From positions 1-27,748 of the IMG/VR virus record IMGVR_UViG_3300012232_000042: a stretch of DNA of 27,748 bases; one strand, 5' to 3'. Made by a program: the position numbers and the translations under genes. The stretch is from a virus. Taxonomy: Duplodnaviria > Caudoviricetes. Below are positions 1 to 7,847 of the stretch, one piece after another. Position 1 is the first letter of the stretch. Each line of letters starts with the position of its first letter. A model generated the notes under the pieces. That model had not been told where the DNA came from. It saw only the letters and a program-made list of their open reading frames with translations, and did not search any database.

Positions 1-61
1 ATTCAGAAATGTGGAATCCATATAAGGGATGGACGGATAAGGCTATTATGGAGTTTCTGAA

Positions 62-241
62 ATGAAACTAGAAGTCAAACTTATATTAGATTTACAAGAT
101 AAGTTCTATGATTTCTTTTCAAGTAAGGAATACATAAAGGAAGCTATATCCAAAATTATATCCGATACTCTAAAAGAGAGACTAAAAGACGAGACCCAAA
201 ACATAAGCGTAACAACCGGAGATTTTTATGCAAATATATGA
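62..241 (+). CDS. hypothetical protein (59 aa, not in ORF track)
   Basis: ATG at 62 in an ATGA overlap with an upstream stop; open frame MKLEVKLILDLQDKFY...GDFYANI to TGA 239-241; overlaps the next gene as is typical of phage operons. Confidence 0.6.
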   Translation: MKLEVKLILDLQDKFYDFFSSKEYIKEAISKIISDTLKERLKDETQNISVTTGDFYANI

Positions 242-497
242 ACGTATGATTAAGTTCGAATACTACTGGTATGTTATTAGATGTTGGGTTCCTGTAGAAA
301 ATCCTAAAGAAATGAGCGATATTTCGGATTTTGTTTTAGCTTATTGTTATAGAGACTTTCTTTATGACAGTAAGGTAGCTGGCTCCGACTATTTTTCAAT
401 AGCTAAACTTCTATCAGACAAGTTTAACTTAAACGCATGTGAAGTGACTAACAAGGAAACGGGTATGGGCGGTTTATATTACGGAGAGTGGCCATGA
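228..497 (+). CDS. hypothetical protein
   Basis: 89-aa ORF; GGAGA upstream of the ATG; coupled to the next ORF. Confidence 0.7.
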   Translation: MQIYERMIKFEYYWYVIRCWVPVENPKEMSDISDFVLAYCYRDFLYDSKVAGSDYFSIAKLLSDKFNLNACEVTNKETGMGGLYYGEWP

Positions 498-913
498 AAG
501 TATTAGTACCTCATAAACATAATGAGATGATGATCCAAGACCTTAAAATAGGGGATTGTTTTTGGCATAATGACAGATTGTTCATGAAAATAGAAGTTCA
601 CGGAGGGCCATACGATCATGATAAATGTTTTATATTGGATTTTCAACAGGGCGTTGTTTTTAGATTGAATAACGATATTCTAGTTACGTTAGATAGTAAC
701 GTATGTATAACAGAACTTCAATCAGAAGAAAAGATAAATAGAGAAATAAATATAGAGTGTAGAGCGAGAGAGTTATACGAAAAAGTGCATGAAGTTATTG
801 ATAGTTCTGAATATAAAAGTGTTTTTGGACTTCATATGGTTCACGGCGGAACTTATACCGGACCAACCTACGGTGAAGAACTTAACAGGCTCGGAGAAGC
901 TTTGGAATCTTGA
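494..913 (+). CDS. hypothetical protein
   Basis: ORF 488..913; likely start ATG 494 (ATGA overlap with the previous stop, GGAGAG upstream). Confidence 0.7.
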   Translation: MKVLVPHKHNEMMIQDLKIGDCFWHNDRLFMKIEVHGGPYDHDKCFILDFQQGVVFRLNNDILVTLDSNVCITELQSEEKINREINIECRARELYEKVHEVIDSSEYKSVFGLHMVHGGTYTGPTYGEELNRLGEALES

Positions 914-971
914 AAAATAAAAGGAAAAACCTACGCGGAAAACGTATAATAGATAGAAAGGAAACAAACGA

Positions 972-1331
972 ATGAATTGGTACAGAATAGACTTGACGAA
1001 CGGAACGGCTTTTTACGAGTTGGATGTATCAGGAGAAACCCTGAACTCTCTCATGTCTAAACACCCTAACGCATGTTTGAAAATTAATAGATGTATAATG
1101 CTTATTAGTAACAACAATCAAGCTAAGCCGGGGTTTGTGGCTGTTCAGCCAAAACAACTTAATCCTATGTTTGCCTGCTGTCAGCAAGATCAAGAATTTC
1201 TCTGCTTGAATAAGGTTATATCATTTGGCCTTGTAGATGTTGAGAATGAACATTGGGATAAGATTTACAATAATGTGTTTAATGAATCAACTTTGGTTAA
1301 GCCAAACCTGAAGCTTATTGTTCCAGATTAA
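972..1331 (+). CDS. hypothetical protein
   Basis: 119-aa ORF; AAAGGA RBS upstream. Confidence 0.75.
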   Translation: MNWYRIDLTNGTAFYELDVSGETLNSLMSKHPNACLKINRCIMLISNNNQAKPGFVAVQPKQLNPMFACCQQDQEFLCLNKVISFGLVDVENEHWDKIYNNVFNESTLVKPNLKLIVPD

Positions 1332-1339
1332 GGATTGTT

Positions 1340-1531
1340 ATGGAAAAGAATGAACATATTTGTGATAGCCTAATGCAAGAAGTAACAGATTTAGTACAAG
1401 AGTTAGATTTCTTGTGTAGAGCAAGTAAGGAAGATAAAAAGACTGGTACATTTGTAATAGACAAAACCAAGAAGAACAAGATTTGTAGATTGATCGTTGA
1501 GAAGTTGAAAGAAGTCAAAGACATATCATAA
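1340..1531 (+). CDS. hypothetical protein
   Basis: 63-aa ORF; AAGGA RBS; co-oriented in the operon. Confidence 0.65.
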   Translation: MEKNEHICDSLMQEVTDLVQELDFLCRASKEDKKTGTFVIDKTKKNKICRLIVEKLKEVKDIS

Positions 1532-1543
1532 AGGATTATTTAT

Positions 1544-1795
1544 ATGCAAAAAGGTGATGTTGTAACAGTAATTAGTTGTTCGGTTTGTGAAGCTGTCCAA
1601 GGTCTCATCGCAACTGTCAAAGAAGTTAATGAAGCCGGTGATAAGGTTCGTCTTAGCTTTGGCAAGGGTAGACCACAACGTAATAGACCAGAATGGTTCG
1701 AAGTTTCAGGTCTACGATCATCAACCCAATCGGAACTTTTGCGAGACTCTGTTATAGAAGGTTCTGTAGGTATACAAATTAGTGGAAAGAAATAA
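1544..1795 (+). CDS. hypothetical protein, possible KOW/SH3-like beta-barrel
   Basis: MQKGDVVTVIS...GLIATVKEVN..GDKVRLSF resembles a KOW-type pattern; AAGGA RBS. Confidence 0.6.
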   Translation: MQKGDVVTVISCSVCEAVQGLIATVKEVNEAGDKVRLSFGKGRPQRNRPEWFEVSGLRSSTQSELLRDSVIEGSVGIQISGKK

Positions 1796-2082
1796 TGGAA
1801 GATAGAAGTCATAAGCCAGAGTTTCTTTTTAATGCCAGTTATATCCCAAGAGATAATTTCTGGCTATCTTTTAATGATGTATTGCACAATATATCTACCT
1901 TATCTATGGCCTTGAACAATAAAGAAGATTCGTTGTTTATAAAGAAGATAGTTGACAATACAAAGTTTAGACTAGAAGAACTACAAAAGTTATATAGTGG
2001 TAAAATTGAAAAAGTAGAAAAGCCATCTTGTGTCGGCATAAGAGGCGTATCTATGGACGGTTTTGTAATGGATGAAGTATGA
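1795..2082 (+). CDS. hypothetical protein
   Basis: 95-aa ORF; TAATG overlap with the previous gene. Confidence 0.7.
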   Translation: MEDRSHKPEFLFNASYIPRDNFWLSFNDVLHNISTLSMALNNKEDSLFIKKIVDNTKFRLEELQKLYSGKIEKVEKPSCVGIRGVSMDGFVMDEV

Positions 2083-2327
2083 GTAAAATAACAGATACAG
2101 ATAGAATAGAATTTCTAGAGAGACAGAATAAAGGAAAGACTTGTGTGTTTCGACAGTCAACTACTGGTAGGGGTTGGCGATTACATCAAACTTCGGAATA
2201 TGAGTGCGTTGCTTTAACAGGCCACGGCCCGCTAAAGACAGTAAGAGATGCTATAGACGAAGCTATTAACTCTTCACCGACACCAACAAGAACAAATGAA
2301 CCACAAATGGACGGTCATAATGCTTAA
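2079..2327 (+). CDS. hypothetical phage protein
   Basis: 82-aa ORF; ATGA overlap; DTDRIEFLE...TVRDAIDEAI pattern is common in small phage proteins. Confidence 0.7.
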   Translation: MSKITDTDRIEFLERQNKGKTCVFRQSTTGRGWRLHQTSEYECVALTGHGPLKTVRDAIDEAINSSPTPTRTNEPQMDGHNA

Positions 2328-2418
2328 TGTATTGTTAGGTATTGGAATTGGTATAGCGATATGTATGATACCTGTTGTCATATTCATAGTTTATATCATC
2401 AGGCATTCAGACAAATAG
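2320..2418 (+). CDS. small single-pass membrane peptide (32 aa)
   Basis: MLNVLLGIGIGIAICMIPVVIFIVYIIRHSDK*; fills an otherwise empty gap and overlaps the previous stop. Confidence 0.55.
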   Translation: MLNVLLGIGIGIAICMIPVVIFIVYIIRHSDK

Positions 2419-2428
2419 GTTATATTAT

Positions 2429-2527
2429 ATGATGTTCGCAATATCAGTATTTTTCTTTTCTTCAATATTATTGGCTTTATTTATATATCCAACAATAATA
2501 TTCCTACAAATGATAAGACGGAGATAA
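2429..2527 (+). CDS. small single-pass membrane peptide (32 aa)
   Basis: MMFAISVFFFSSILLALFIYPTIIFLQMIRRR*; hydrophobic core with basic C-terminus; ends 3 nt before the next ATG. Confidence 0.5.
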   Translation: MMFAISVFFFSSILLALFIYPTIIFLQMIRRR

Positions 2528-2530
2528 GAT

Positions 2531-2800
2531 ATGAAACTCAAGTTTAATTTAGGAAAACAAGGCGGAAAGCACCTGTACTTTTCGGTCGAGCAAGAAAAGA
2601 GGGAACCGTTTATTTATTTGGTTAATGGTCGTATGCTAAGTTGTATTCAACAATCAGAGTTAAATGATCTAATTAATCAGGGACATTACTTTGCCGTGGT
2701 TCATTATCTAGAATCTATTTGTGACGAGAATCTAGATCATGGTCGCGTATTTAGCATGTGCGATACTGTATTAAAGAACTTTATAATGGAGTCGGTATAA
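2531..2800 (+). CDS. hypothetical protein
   Basis: 89-aa ORF; GGAGA RBS. Confidence 0.7.
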   Translation: MKLKFNLGKQGGKHLYFSVEQEKREPFIYLVNGRMLSCIQQSELNDLINQGHYFAVVHYLESICDENLDHGRVFSMCDTVLKNFIMESV

Positions 2801-3105
2801 TGCCATATATAGCACAAGACCATAGAACCGAAGCGTTAAATGAAGCAATAAAAGAATTGGTCAATTTAATTAATGGCTCTGGCTGCACAGATGATGCTGG
2901 CAATTTTCATCCCGGCGTTTTTAATTATGCTATATCTATGATTATAAACGATTTGTTACAACGGAATAAGATTAGTTATAGTAATATCAACAAAATTATT
3001 GGTGTGCTAGAGTGTGTTAAACTAGAGTTATACAGACGAGTCGCAAGTCCGTATGAAGATAAGATGATAGAGAAAAATGGTGATGTTTATAATGAAAATA
3101 GTTAA
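2800..3105 (+). CDS. DUF6899-like conserved phage protein
   Basis: Start MPYI at a TAATG overlap (2800); motifs G.FNYAIS, SYSNINKIIGVLECVKLELYRR, PYEDKMIEKNGDVY. Confidence 0.75.
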   Translation: MPYIAQDHRTEALNEAIKELVNLINGSGCTDDAGNFHPGVFNYAISMIINDLLQRNKISYSNINKIIGVLECVKLELYRRVASPYEDKMIEKNGDVYNENS

Positions 3106-3514
3106 CGATATTAAATGGATTTTCTTCACTATATTCCCATTCCTAGAACGCAAGTACGATGTGTACTTGGCAGGACCAATGAAGGGGTTTGTGGATAGTA
3201 ATTTCCCCGCCTTTCGACTGTATGCTAGTAAATTGAGGAAAGCTGGCTATAGAGTGTGGAATCCGGCAGAGAATGAAGATTCTAATATGTCTTATGAGCA
3301 ATGTATGAGGCTGGATTTAGATGCCGTTGTCAATAAGTGTAGAAGCGTTGTTCTATTGCCCGGAGAAGCTTGGAAGAACTCGGTTGGTGCTAGCGCAGAA
3401 GTCACAGCGGCTCATGTTTGTGGCAAGGGTGTATTCCAGATTGTCGATACGGAAAAGGGCGGTATAAGCTTTAAAAGGATACAAAAGAAGAGTGTTAAGC
3501 CTTATCTTGATTAG
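3077..3514 (+). CDS. DUF4406 / nucleoside 2-deoxyribosyltransferase-like protein
   Basis: VYLAGPMKG..NFPAF...LRKAGYRVWNPAE...MRLDL...VVLLPG..W.NS.GA.AE motif series; true start may be ATG 3092. Confidence 0.8.
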   Translation: MVMFIMKIVNDIKWIFFTIFPFLERKYDVYLAGPMKGFVDSNFPAFRLYASKLRKAGYRVWNPAENEDSNMSYEQCMRLDLDAVVNKCRSVVLLPGEAWKNSVGASAEVTAAHVCGKGVFQIVDTEKGGISFKRIQKKSVKPYLD

Positions 3515-4079
3515 AATTCCAAACTACCTGAAAGCTTTCTGAATTAAATATATCATCCCCAACTACAGTTGGCTTTCCGAATTTCTTAGATGTTTTTATT
3601 AGAGATGGGTAGCAACAGAAAATCAACTCTGTGCAACTCAATCTGGTAGAATCATCAAAATCAAACAAGAAATCGTATTCCTGATTTATCATATTCTTAG
3701 CTAACCCCAAGGCACGATCAACATATTTCTGGTCTGGCCTTAGTATAGCTACATGGTCTGTCTTCAAGAAGTTTATTATATCTTCTATCACTATTCCTTG
3801 GCTAACCGCGTGTATGACTCTTTCTTGCTCTCCACCAAAATAGAATCCCGCATGAGTCCAGTATCCGGGTATTAGATGTGTGGACAAATAATGGTCTGAT
3901 CTAGAAAGAAGAACGTCACCGGGCTTAATTACCTTTGCTATCTCTCTATAATGCTTGCCTTGTATTTTGTCTACTGGCGTGTTGATAACGAAGAAAAGAG
4001 GGTGTTTCCATCCGTAGAATTTTATATCTCCAACGAATGTTATAAACCTAGACCATAGATTGTAAAATCTCTTTATCAC
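3495..4079 (-). CDS. permuted papain-like NlpC/P60 amidase (YiiX/YaeF/YebB type)
   Basis: IKPGDVLL, YWTHAGFY (His), VIHA, then YDFLFD...LSCTELI (Cys after His = permuted order); start moved from 4094 to GTG 4079 because 4094-4086 is the promoter-like motif. Confidence 0.85.
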   Translation of the reverse strand: MIKRFYNLWSRFITFVGDIKFYGWKHPLFFVINTPVDKIQGKHYREIAKVIKPGDVLLSRSDHYLSTHLIPGYWTHAGFYFGGEQERVIHAVSQGIVIEDIINFLKTDHVAILRPDQKYVDRALGLAKNMINQEYDFLFDFDDSTRLSCTELIFCCYPSLIKTSKKFGKPTVVGDDIFNSESFQVVWNSNQDKA

Positions 4080-4405
4080 ATAATGTTTATACACTTGTTT
4101 ATTTTGTTTATTTGTATAATATTATGCTCGGAATATAATTCATATAAACTAGCAAAATCTAGTTTCATATCATCTTCATATTCTATAAGTTTGAATTTAA
4201 AAGATGGACATATTTCTTCTATTCTATTTTTGATCATATCTATTGATTTGATTGGACTAGACATGTTGGAAAGTGGGGCTTCTGGCTTGGGGGCTTTTAA
4301 CTTTTCTGCCATCTCGCATTGCTTTTCATAGACAAACTGTATTGCCGCGTCGTTGACGAGAAATTTCCATTTGATAAGAAGGAAGCTAATTAGTTTGTTA
4401 TTCAA
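4076..4405 (-). CDS. hypothetical protein
   Basis: 109-aa ORF overlapping neighbours on both sides. Confidence 0.65.
   Translation of the reverse strand: MNNKLISFLLIKWKFLVNDAAIQFVYEKQCEMAEKLKAPKPEAPLSNMSSPIKSIDMIKNRIEEICPSFKFKLIEYEDDMKLDFASLYELYSEHNIIQINKINKCINIM
4086..4094 (-). promoter_or_regulatory. GTGTATAAA motif (putative phage late promoter)
   Basis: tttatacac on + strand; 6 nt before in-frame GTG 4079 of the amidase gene. Confidence 0.55.
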
Positions 4406-4664
4406 CTTTTTTATTCATTACTGTTATAATTTCTTTTGCTGCTTCAAAAGCGAGTTCTTGAACATTGTCTTTGAACTTCTTAATTATGTCACCAGAATAT
4501 TTTCTTCTCACAGAAACTGGCCTATTTGTAGAAGCATCTTTGCTTCTAATATTTACATACAAATTAAATTTCTCATACTTGTGTTCAACAGACCAATCCT
4601 TCGGGAGATATACCCAAATATAGTTTACGAACGTTTTTATTAGGTCTGGAATTTCTTCTTTCAT
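4398..4664 (-). CDS. hypothetical protein
   Basis: ORF 4398..4679; likely start ATG 4664 (MKEEIPD), 6 nt after the GTGTATAAA motif. Confidence 0.7.
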   Translation of the reverse strand: MKEEIPDLIKTFVNYIWVYLPKDWSVEHKYEKFNLYVNIRSKDASTNRPVSVRRKYSGDIIKKFKDNVQELAFEAAKEIITVMNKKVE

Positions 4665-4670
4665 GTAGAA

Positions 4671-4679
4671 TTTATACAC
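4671..4679 (-). promoter_or_regulatory. GTGTATAAA motif (putative phage late promoter)
   Basis: tttatacac on + strand, overlapping the macrodomain stop codon; 6 nt before ATG 4664. Confidence 0.6.
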
Positions 4680-5115
4680 TTGCTGGATTGAATAAAACTA
4701 TGTTGCAACTTAAATTATTCAATTGATTTTCCATCTTTTTAGAAACTATTTTCCAATCCAATCCACCATTACCACAACCTAGTGGCGGAATACCAATTGA
4801 TATATCATTGAAGTCCGACAAGTACGCTTTAAGCTTTTCCAGTCCGTCATCTATATAGGAATATTTGGAAGGAAATCTCCAATGATCTTTTGTAGCAAAG
4901 TTCACAACCCATTCATCGTCACGTTTCCATACCCATATATCTCCGGGTTTGATTTCGTTTCTAAGACAGGCTTTCCTATATTCTCGGTACATCTTGGGGT
5001 AGCGTTTCTTAAATTCTAGAGCTACGCCCTTCCCCATAACGCCTTTACAATTAATAGTATTTACTACAATATCGTACTTGTTGTCGAACAGATTTCCGTC
5101 CACGAAACTAATCAT
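4672..5115 (-). CDS. macrodomain ADP-ribosylhydrolase (DarG/TARG1-like)
   Basis: GNLF, VNTINCKGVMGKGVALEFKKRYP, NFATKDHWR.PS, IGIPPLGCGNGGLDW are typical DarG-class macrodomain motifs. Confidence 0.92.
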   Translation of the reverse strand: MISFVDGNLFDNKYDIVVNTINCKGVMGKGVALEFKKRYPKMYREYRKACLRNEIKPGDIWVWKRDDEWVVNFATKDHWRFPSKYSYIDDGLEKLKAYLSDFNDISIGIPPLGCGNGGLDWKIVSKKMENQLNNLSCNIVLFNPASV

Positions 5116-5660
5116 TACCGATTATCCCCGGAACCAGATAGTACATTTCTATTCTTTCTATCTAAGAGTTTGGCAATATTAGTTTCTAATACGACATTCA
5201 TATCTATATCCATCTTCTTTAAAAATCTAGATAGTTCTTCTACAAGAAACTCAAGACTGTGTTTAAGGTTAGCTATGGACGATTTAGTATTACCCACCAT
5301 AATCTTTCTGCAATGATTAATTATACTACCAATCGTTCCGTGCAGGAAAAATAATGATTCATATATATCACAATGATCTATGTAAAAACTTTGATCACCG
5401 AAATTAAGCTCTTGTAATTCTATTTTTGCTTCGCTGGCTACTGCCCCGATATACCAATATACGTCGCCCACTTCTTTGATAATGTCTGCTTTCTTGGCGT
5501 CAGTAATCACATAGTTATCGTCCCTAATTGCTTTCTTAAGTTTCTCGGCAACTTCACCAAACTCTCCCATAAGGCCCAAAGTTGGGTACATTAAATTGTT
5601 ATCAATGTTTGGATAAACGGCAGTGCTTCTAGCTAATTTCTGATATTCTGTGATATTCAT
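5115..5660 (-). CDS. mazG: MazG-like nucleoside triphosphate pyrophosphohydrolase
   Basis: EYQ..A..TAVYP, LGLMGEFGEVAEKLKK, KEVGDVYWY, C-terminal NIAKLLDR..R.VLSGSGDNR typical of phage MazG. Confidence 0.9.
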   Translation of the reverse strand: MNITEYQKLARSTAVYPNIDNNLMYPTLGLMGEFGEVAEKLKKAIRDDNYVITDAKKADIIKEVGDVYWYIGAVASEAKIELQELNFGDQSFYIDHCDIYESLFFLHGTIGSIINHCRKIMVGNTKSSIANLKHSLEFLVEELSRFLKKMDIDMNVVLETNIAKLLDRKNRNVLSGSGDNR

Positions 5661-5668
5661 AAATTCTC

Positions 5669-6286
5669 CTATTCTTTTATGTACGAATTAAAGTTCTGCA
5701 ATATTTCATCAGCCAACCCTTTTTCTATTGCTTCTTGGGGGCTAAAAAATCTGTCAATAGTACAAAGTCTTTCTATGTTCTTGATACTTACGTTTGGCGT
5801 TTTCTTCTTCATTTTCTCTCTATATATCTCATACATCTTTTGTCTATCTAGCGCGGATTGTGTGGCCCATATTTCTACGTTTCGGGCGTGACCAGATAGT
5901 TCATTGGAGCCATCGTGTATGAGGAAGGTGCAATTTGGGGATAGAACTCTGTGGTCTGCTGCTTGTAATATTACCGTTCCGGCACTACAGCAATATCCTG
6001 TTGCTATGATGGTTACGTGGCATCTACAGGATTTAATTACATCGTATATAGCTAGAGAGTGACACCAATCCCCGCCCATATTATTCATTATGATAATGAT
6101 CGGCTTTTCGGATACTGTGTCTAGATATGTTATAGCCTTTATAACCTTCTCTGCCATCAAGTAGTCTGTACCAGATTCCTCACTATTTTCATCGGAACTA
6201 CTAGAGCCTATATATACGATTCTCTTTTGTGAGAATACATTGTAATCAAAAAATCTATCTAGGTCTTCTTTTGAATATCTCGGCAT
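5669..6286 (-). CDS. clpP: ClpP-like serine protease (Clp proteolytic subunit)
   Basis: NNMGG, CCSAG (Ser), FLIHD (His), DRFFSPQEAIEKGLADEI (Asp region). Confidence 0.88.
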   Translation of the reverse strand: MPRYSKEDLDRFFDYNVFSQKRIVYIGSSSSDENSEESGTDYLMAEKVIKAITYLDTVSEKPIIIIMNNMGGDWCHSLAIYDVIKSCRCHVTIIATGYCCSAGTVILQAADHRVLSPNCTFLIHDGSNELSGHARNVEIWATQSALDRQKMYEIYREKMKKKTPNVSIKNIERLCTIDRFFSPQEAIEKGLADEILQNFNSYIKE

Positions 6287-6287
6287 A

Positions 6288-7307
6288 TTAAATCTCGTTT
6301 AAGTATAATATATCTGATAAAATGTATTCCCTATCTTCATAAGTCATGTAAGTGCTTTGGTACATACCGTGCTGTCTTAAGAAATTATATATCATATCAT
6401 TTATATATTTTGCTTCGCCAGCTTTGTTGTATCTTATCCCATTTTCCTTATAATCTAATAGATGCAAGAAAAATATTTGTTCGTATTCACAAAGCCCCTC
6501 TAGGCTTCTTTTATACAACTTGCTCAATAGTATATTCTTGTCATTAATGTCCATATCTTTGGATGTTATTAAACCATATATATATGAAAGGAATGTTGGG
6601 GAATCAGAAATAACCATATCGCACTTAGCTAGTGCGTCATTCTCTCTAGAGTTTTGACACTCCCATATCATATATTGATCATTTATATTTGGTATTTTAT
6701 CATACTTTTGTATGTAGGATGTAGCATATTCTATTGGACAAAACGAGCGTCCACCAAATTCTGTATTTATGTTATTTGTAATCCATTGCGCCGTACTGGT
6801 TTTACCGCTTGATGGTGCGCCACAAATAGCTATTTTTCGTTTGAAATAATTCCAAGCGGATAATGGGCAGGTTCTAAATCTGGTATCTACGGGAATAAAA
6901 TTTTCTAGACGCGGAGGATCACCGCCATTCAATGACTCTATTTCTACTATAAGTAGTCTCATGGGTTCAGAGACTATATCTAAAGTGATGACATAATCAT
7001 TCGGTTCTGTAAGTATGGTCTGTCTTTTTTTAACAACTTTTAGAATAGCTTTTTCTTTAAGCAAGTTGAACCAATTTTCGCTTATCTTTTCGCTCTCTTC
7101 TTCTCTACCATCTTCCTTCTTTCCATCCGACTTATGCTCCATAGATATTTTATCATTCTTCTTTCTTAGTCTTAGATTTTTATTTAGATAATAATCTTCT
7201 ATGGTATCGGTCTTAAGTTGTGATTCAGAATACGAAGGGAATTTTGTGACTAATTTTATAAGATCATCGAACTTAAATATATACGATCTTTCTTTTTCTA
7301 CAAACAT
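6288..7307 (-). CDS. CYTH-like domain fused to NadR/AAA_28-type P-loop kinase
   Basis: N-term EKERSY, DYYL..LRLRK, REEESE, VVKKRQ, ITLD, IVEIE (CYTH pattern); C-term KIAICGAPSSGKTS (Walker A), EYA, VISDSP, GIRY. Confidence 0.75.
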   Translation of the reverse strand: MFVEKERSYIFKFDDLIKLVTKFPSYSESQLKTDTIEDYYLNKNLRLRKKNDKISMEHKSDGKKEDGREEESEKISENWFNLLKEKAILKVVKKRQTILTEPNDYVITLDIVSEPMRLLIVEIESLNGGDPPRLENFIPVDTRFRTCPLSAWNYFKRKIAICGAPSSGKTSTAQWITNNINTEFGGRSFCPIEYATSYIQKYDKIPNINDQYMIWECQNSRENDALAKCDMVISDSPTFLSYIYGLITSKDMDINDKNILLSKLYKRSLEGLCEYEQIFFLHLLDYKENGIRYNKAGEAKYINDMIYNFLRQHGMYQSTYMTYEDREYILSDILYLNEI

Positions 7308-7519
7308 TTAATTTCCTTTAGGAAGCAATTCAGGTCGCACCATTCGCATTTAATCTCTGGATTGGATTCACACTTAGCGCATATCCATTTGAAATTATTG
7401 GTATACAAATAAACAGTCAATATCTTGTGTACGCAATCATCACAAACGTACAATTTTTGATATAATATTTTTCCAGTATCGTCTATTTTGTCTTTAAGAC
7501 ATGTTATGCATTTCATCAT
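7298..7519 (-). CDS. small Cys-rich zinc-finger protein
   Basis: four CxxC pairs (CITC, CDDC, CAKC, CEWC) in 73 aa. Confidence 0.7.
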   Translation of the reverse strand: MMKCITCLKDKIDDTGKILYQKLYVCDDCVHKILTVYLYTNNFKWICAKCESNPEIKCEWCDLNCFLKEIKCL

Positions 7520-7847
7520 TTATTTTTCTTAATTTTTCTATAACTAGGGCGTAATGATTATAGTATAGCTCTATATAGTCTGACACATTCCATTCTTCAT
7601 CCAGAATACATGGTTCACTAGCTATCAACATGGTGTGTTCTGGCATAAGATAGTATAACCTGTTCTGTATTTCTTTTTGTCTTTTTTCTGATACGTAATC
7701 GAATATTTGTTTTTTACCAGTTGCTTCTACGCGAGTATCAAGTCCACCCTTCATTCTTGATGCATTCTTAACACTATCTTTAGCGCATGTTCTAATAACT
7801 TCGGTCCAACAATCTAATGACAACTGTATTTCTTCCCTTTTATCCAT
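7494..7847 (-). CDS. hypothetical protein
   Basis: 117-aa ORF overlapping both neighbours; AAGGA RBS. Confidence 0.7.
   Translation of the reverse strand: MDKREEIQLSLDCWTEVIRTCAKDSVKNASRMKGGLDTRVEATGKKQIFDYVSEKRQKEIQNRLYYLMPEHTMLIASEPCILDEEWNVSDYIELYYNHYALVIEKLRKINDEMHNMS

Noticed and set aside
228-497. Weak resemblance of the C-terminus (IAKLL...CEV..KETGMGG) to phage QueD-like proteins
   Set aside because: No His/Cys metal-binding motifs; similarity too slight to call
910-950. sigma70 promoter TTGAAA...TATAAT upstream of 972
   Set aside because: Spacing is 29 nt, not about 17; TATAAT alone is weak evidence in AT-rich DNA
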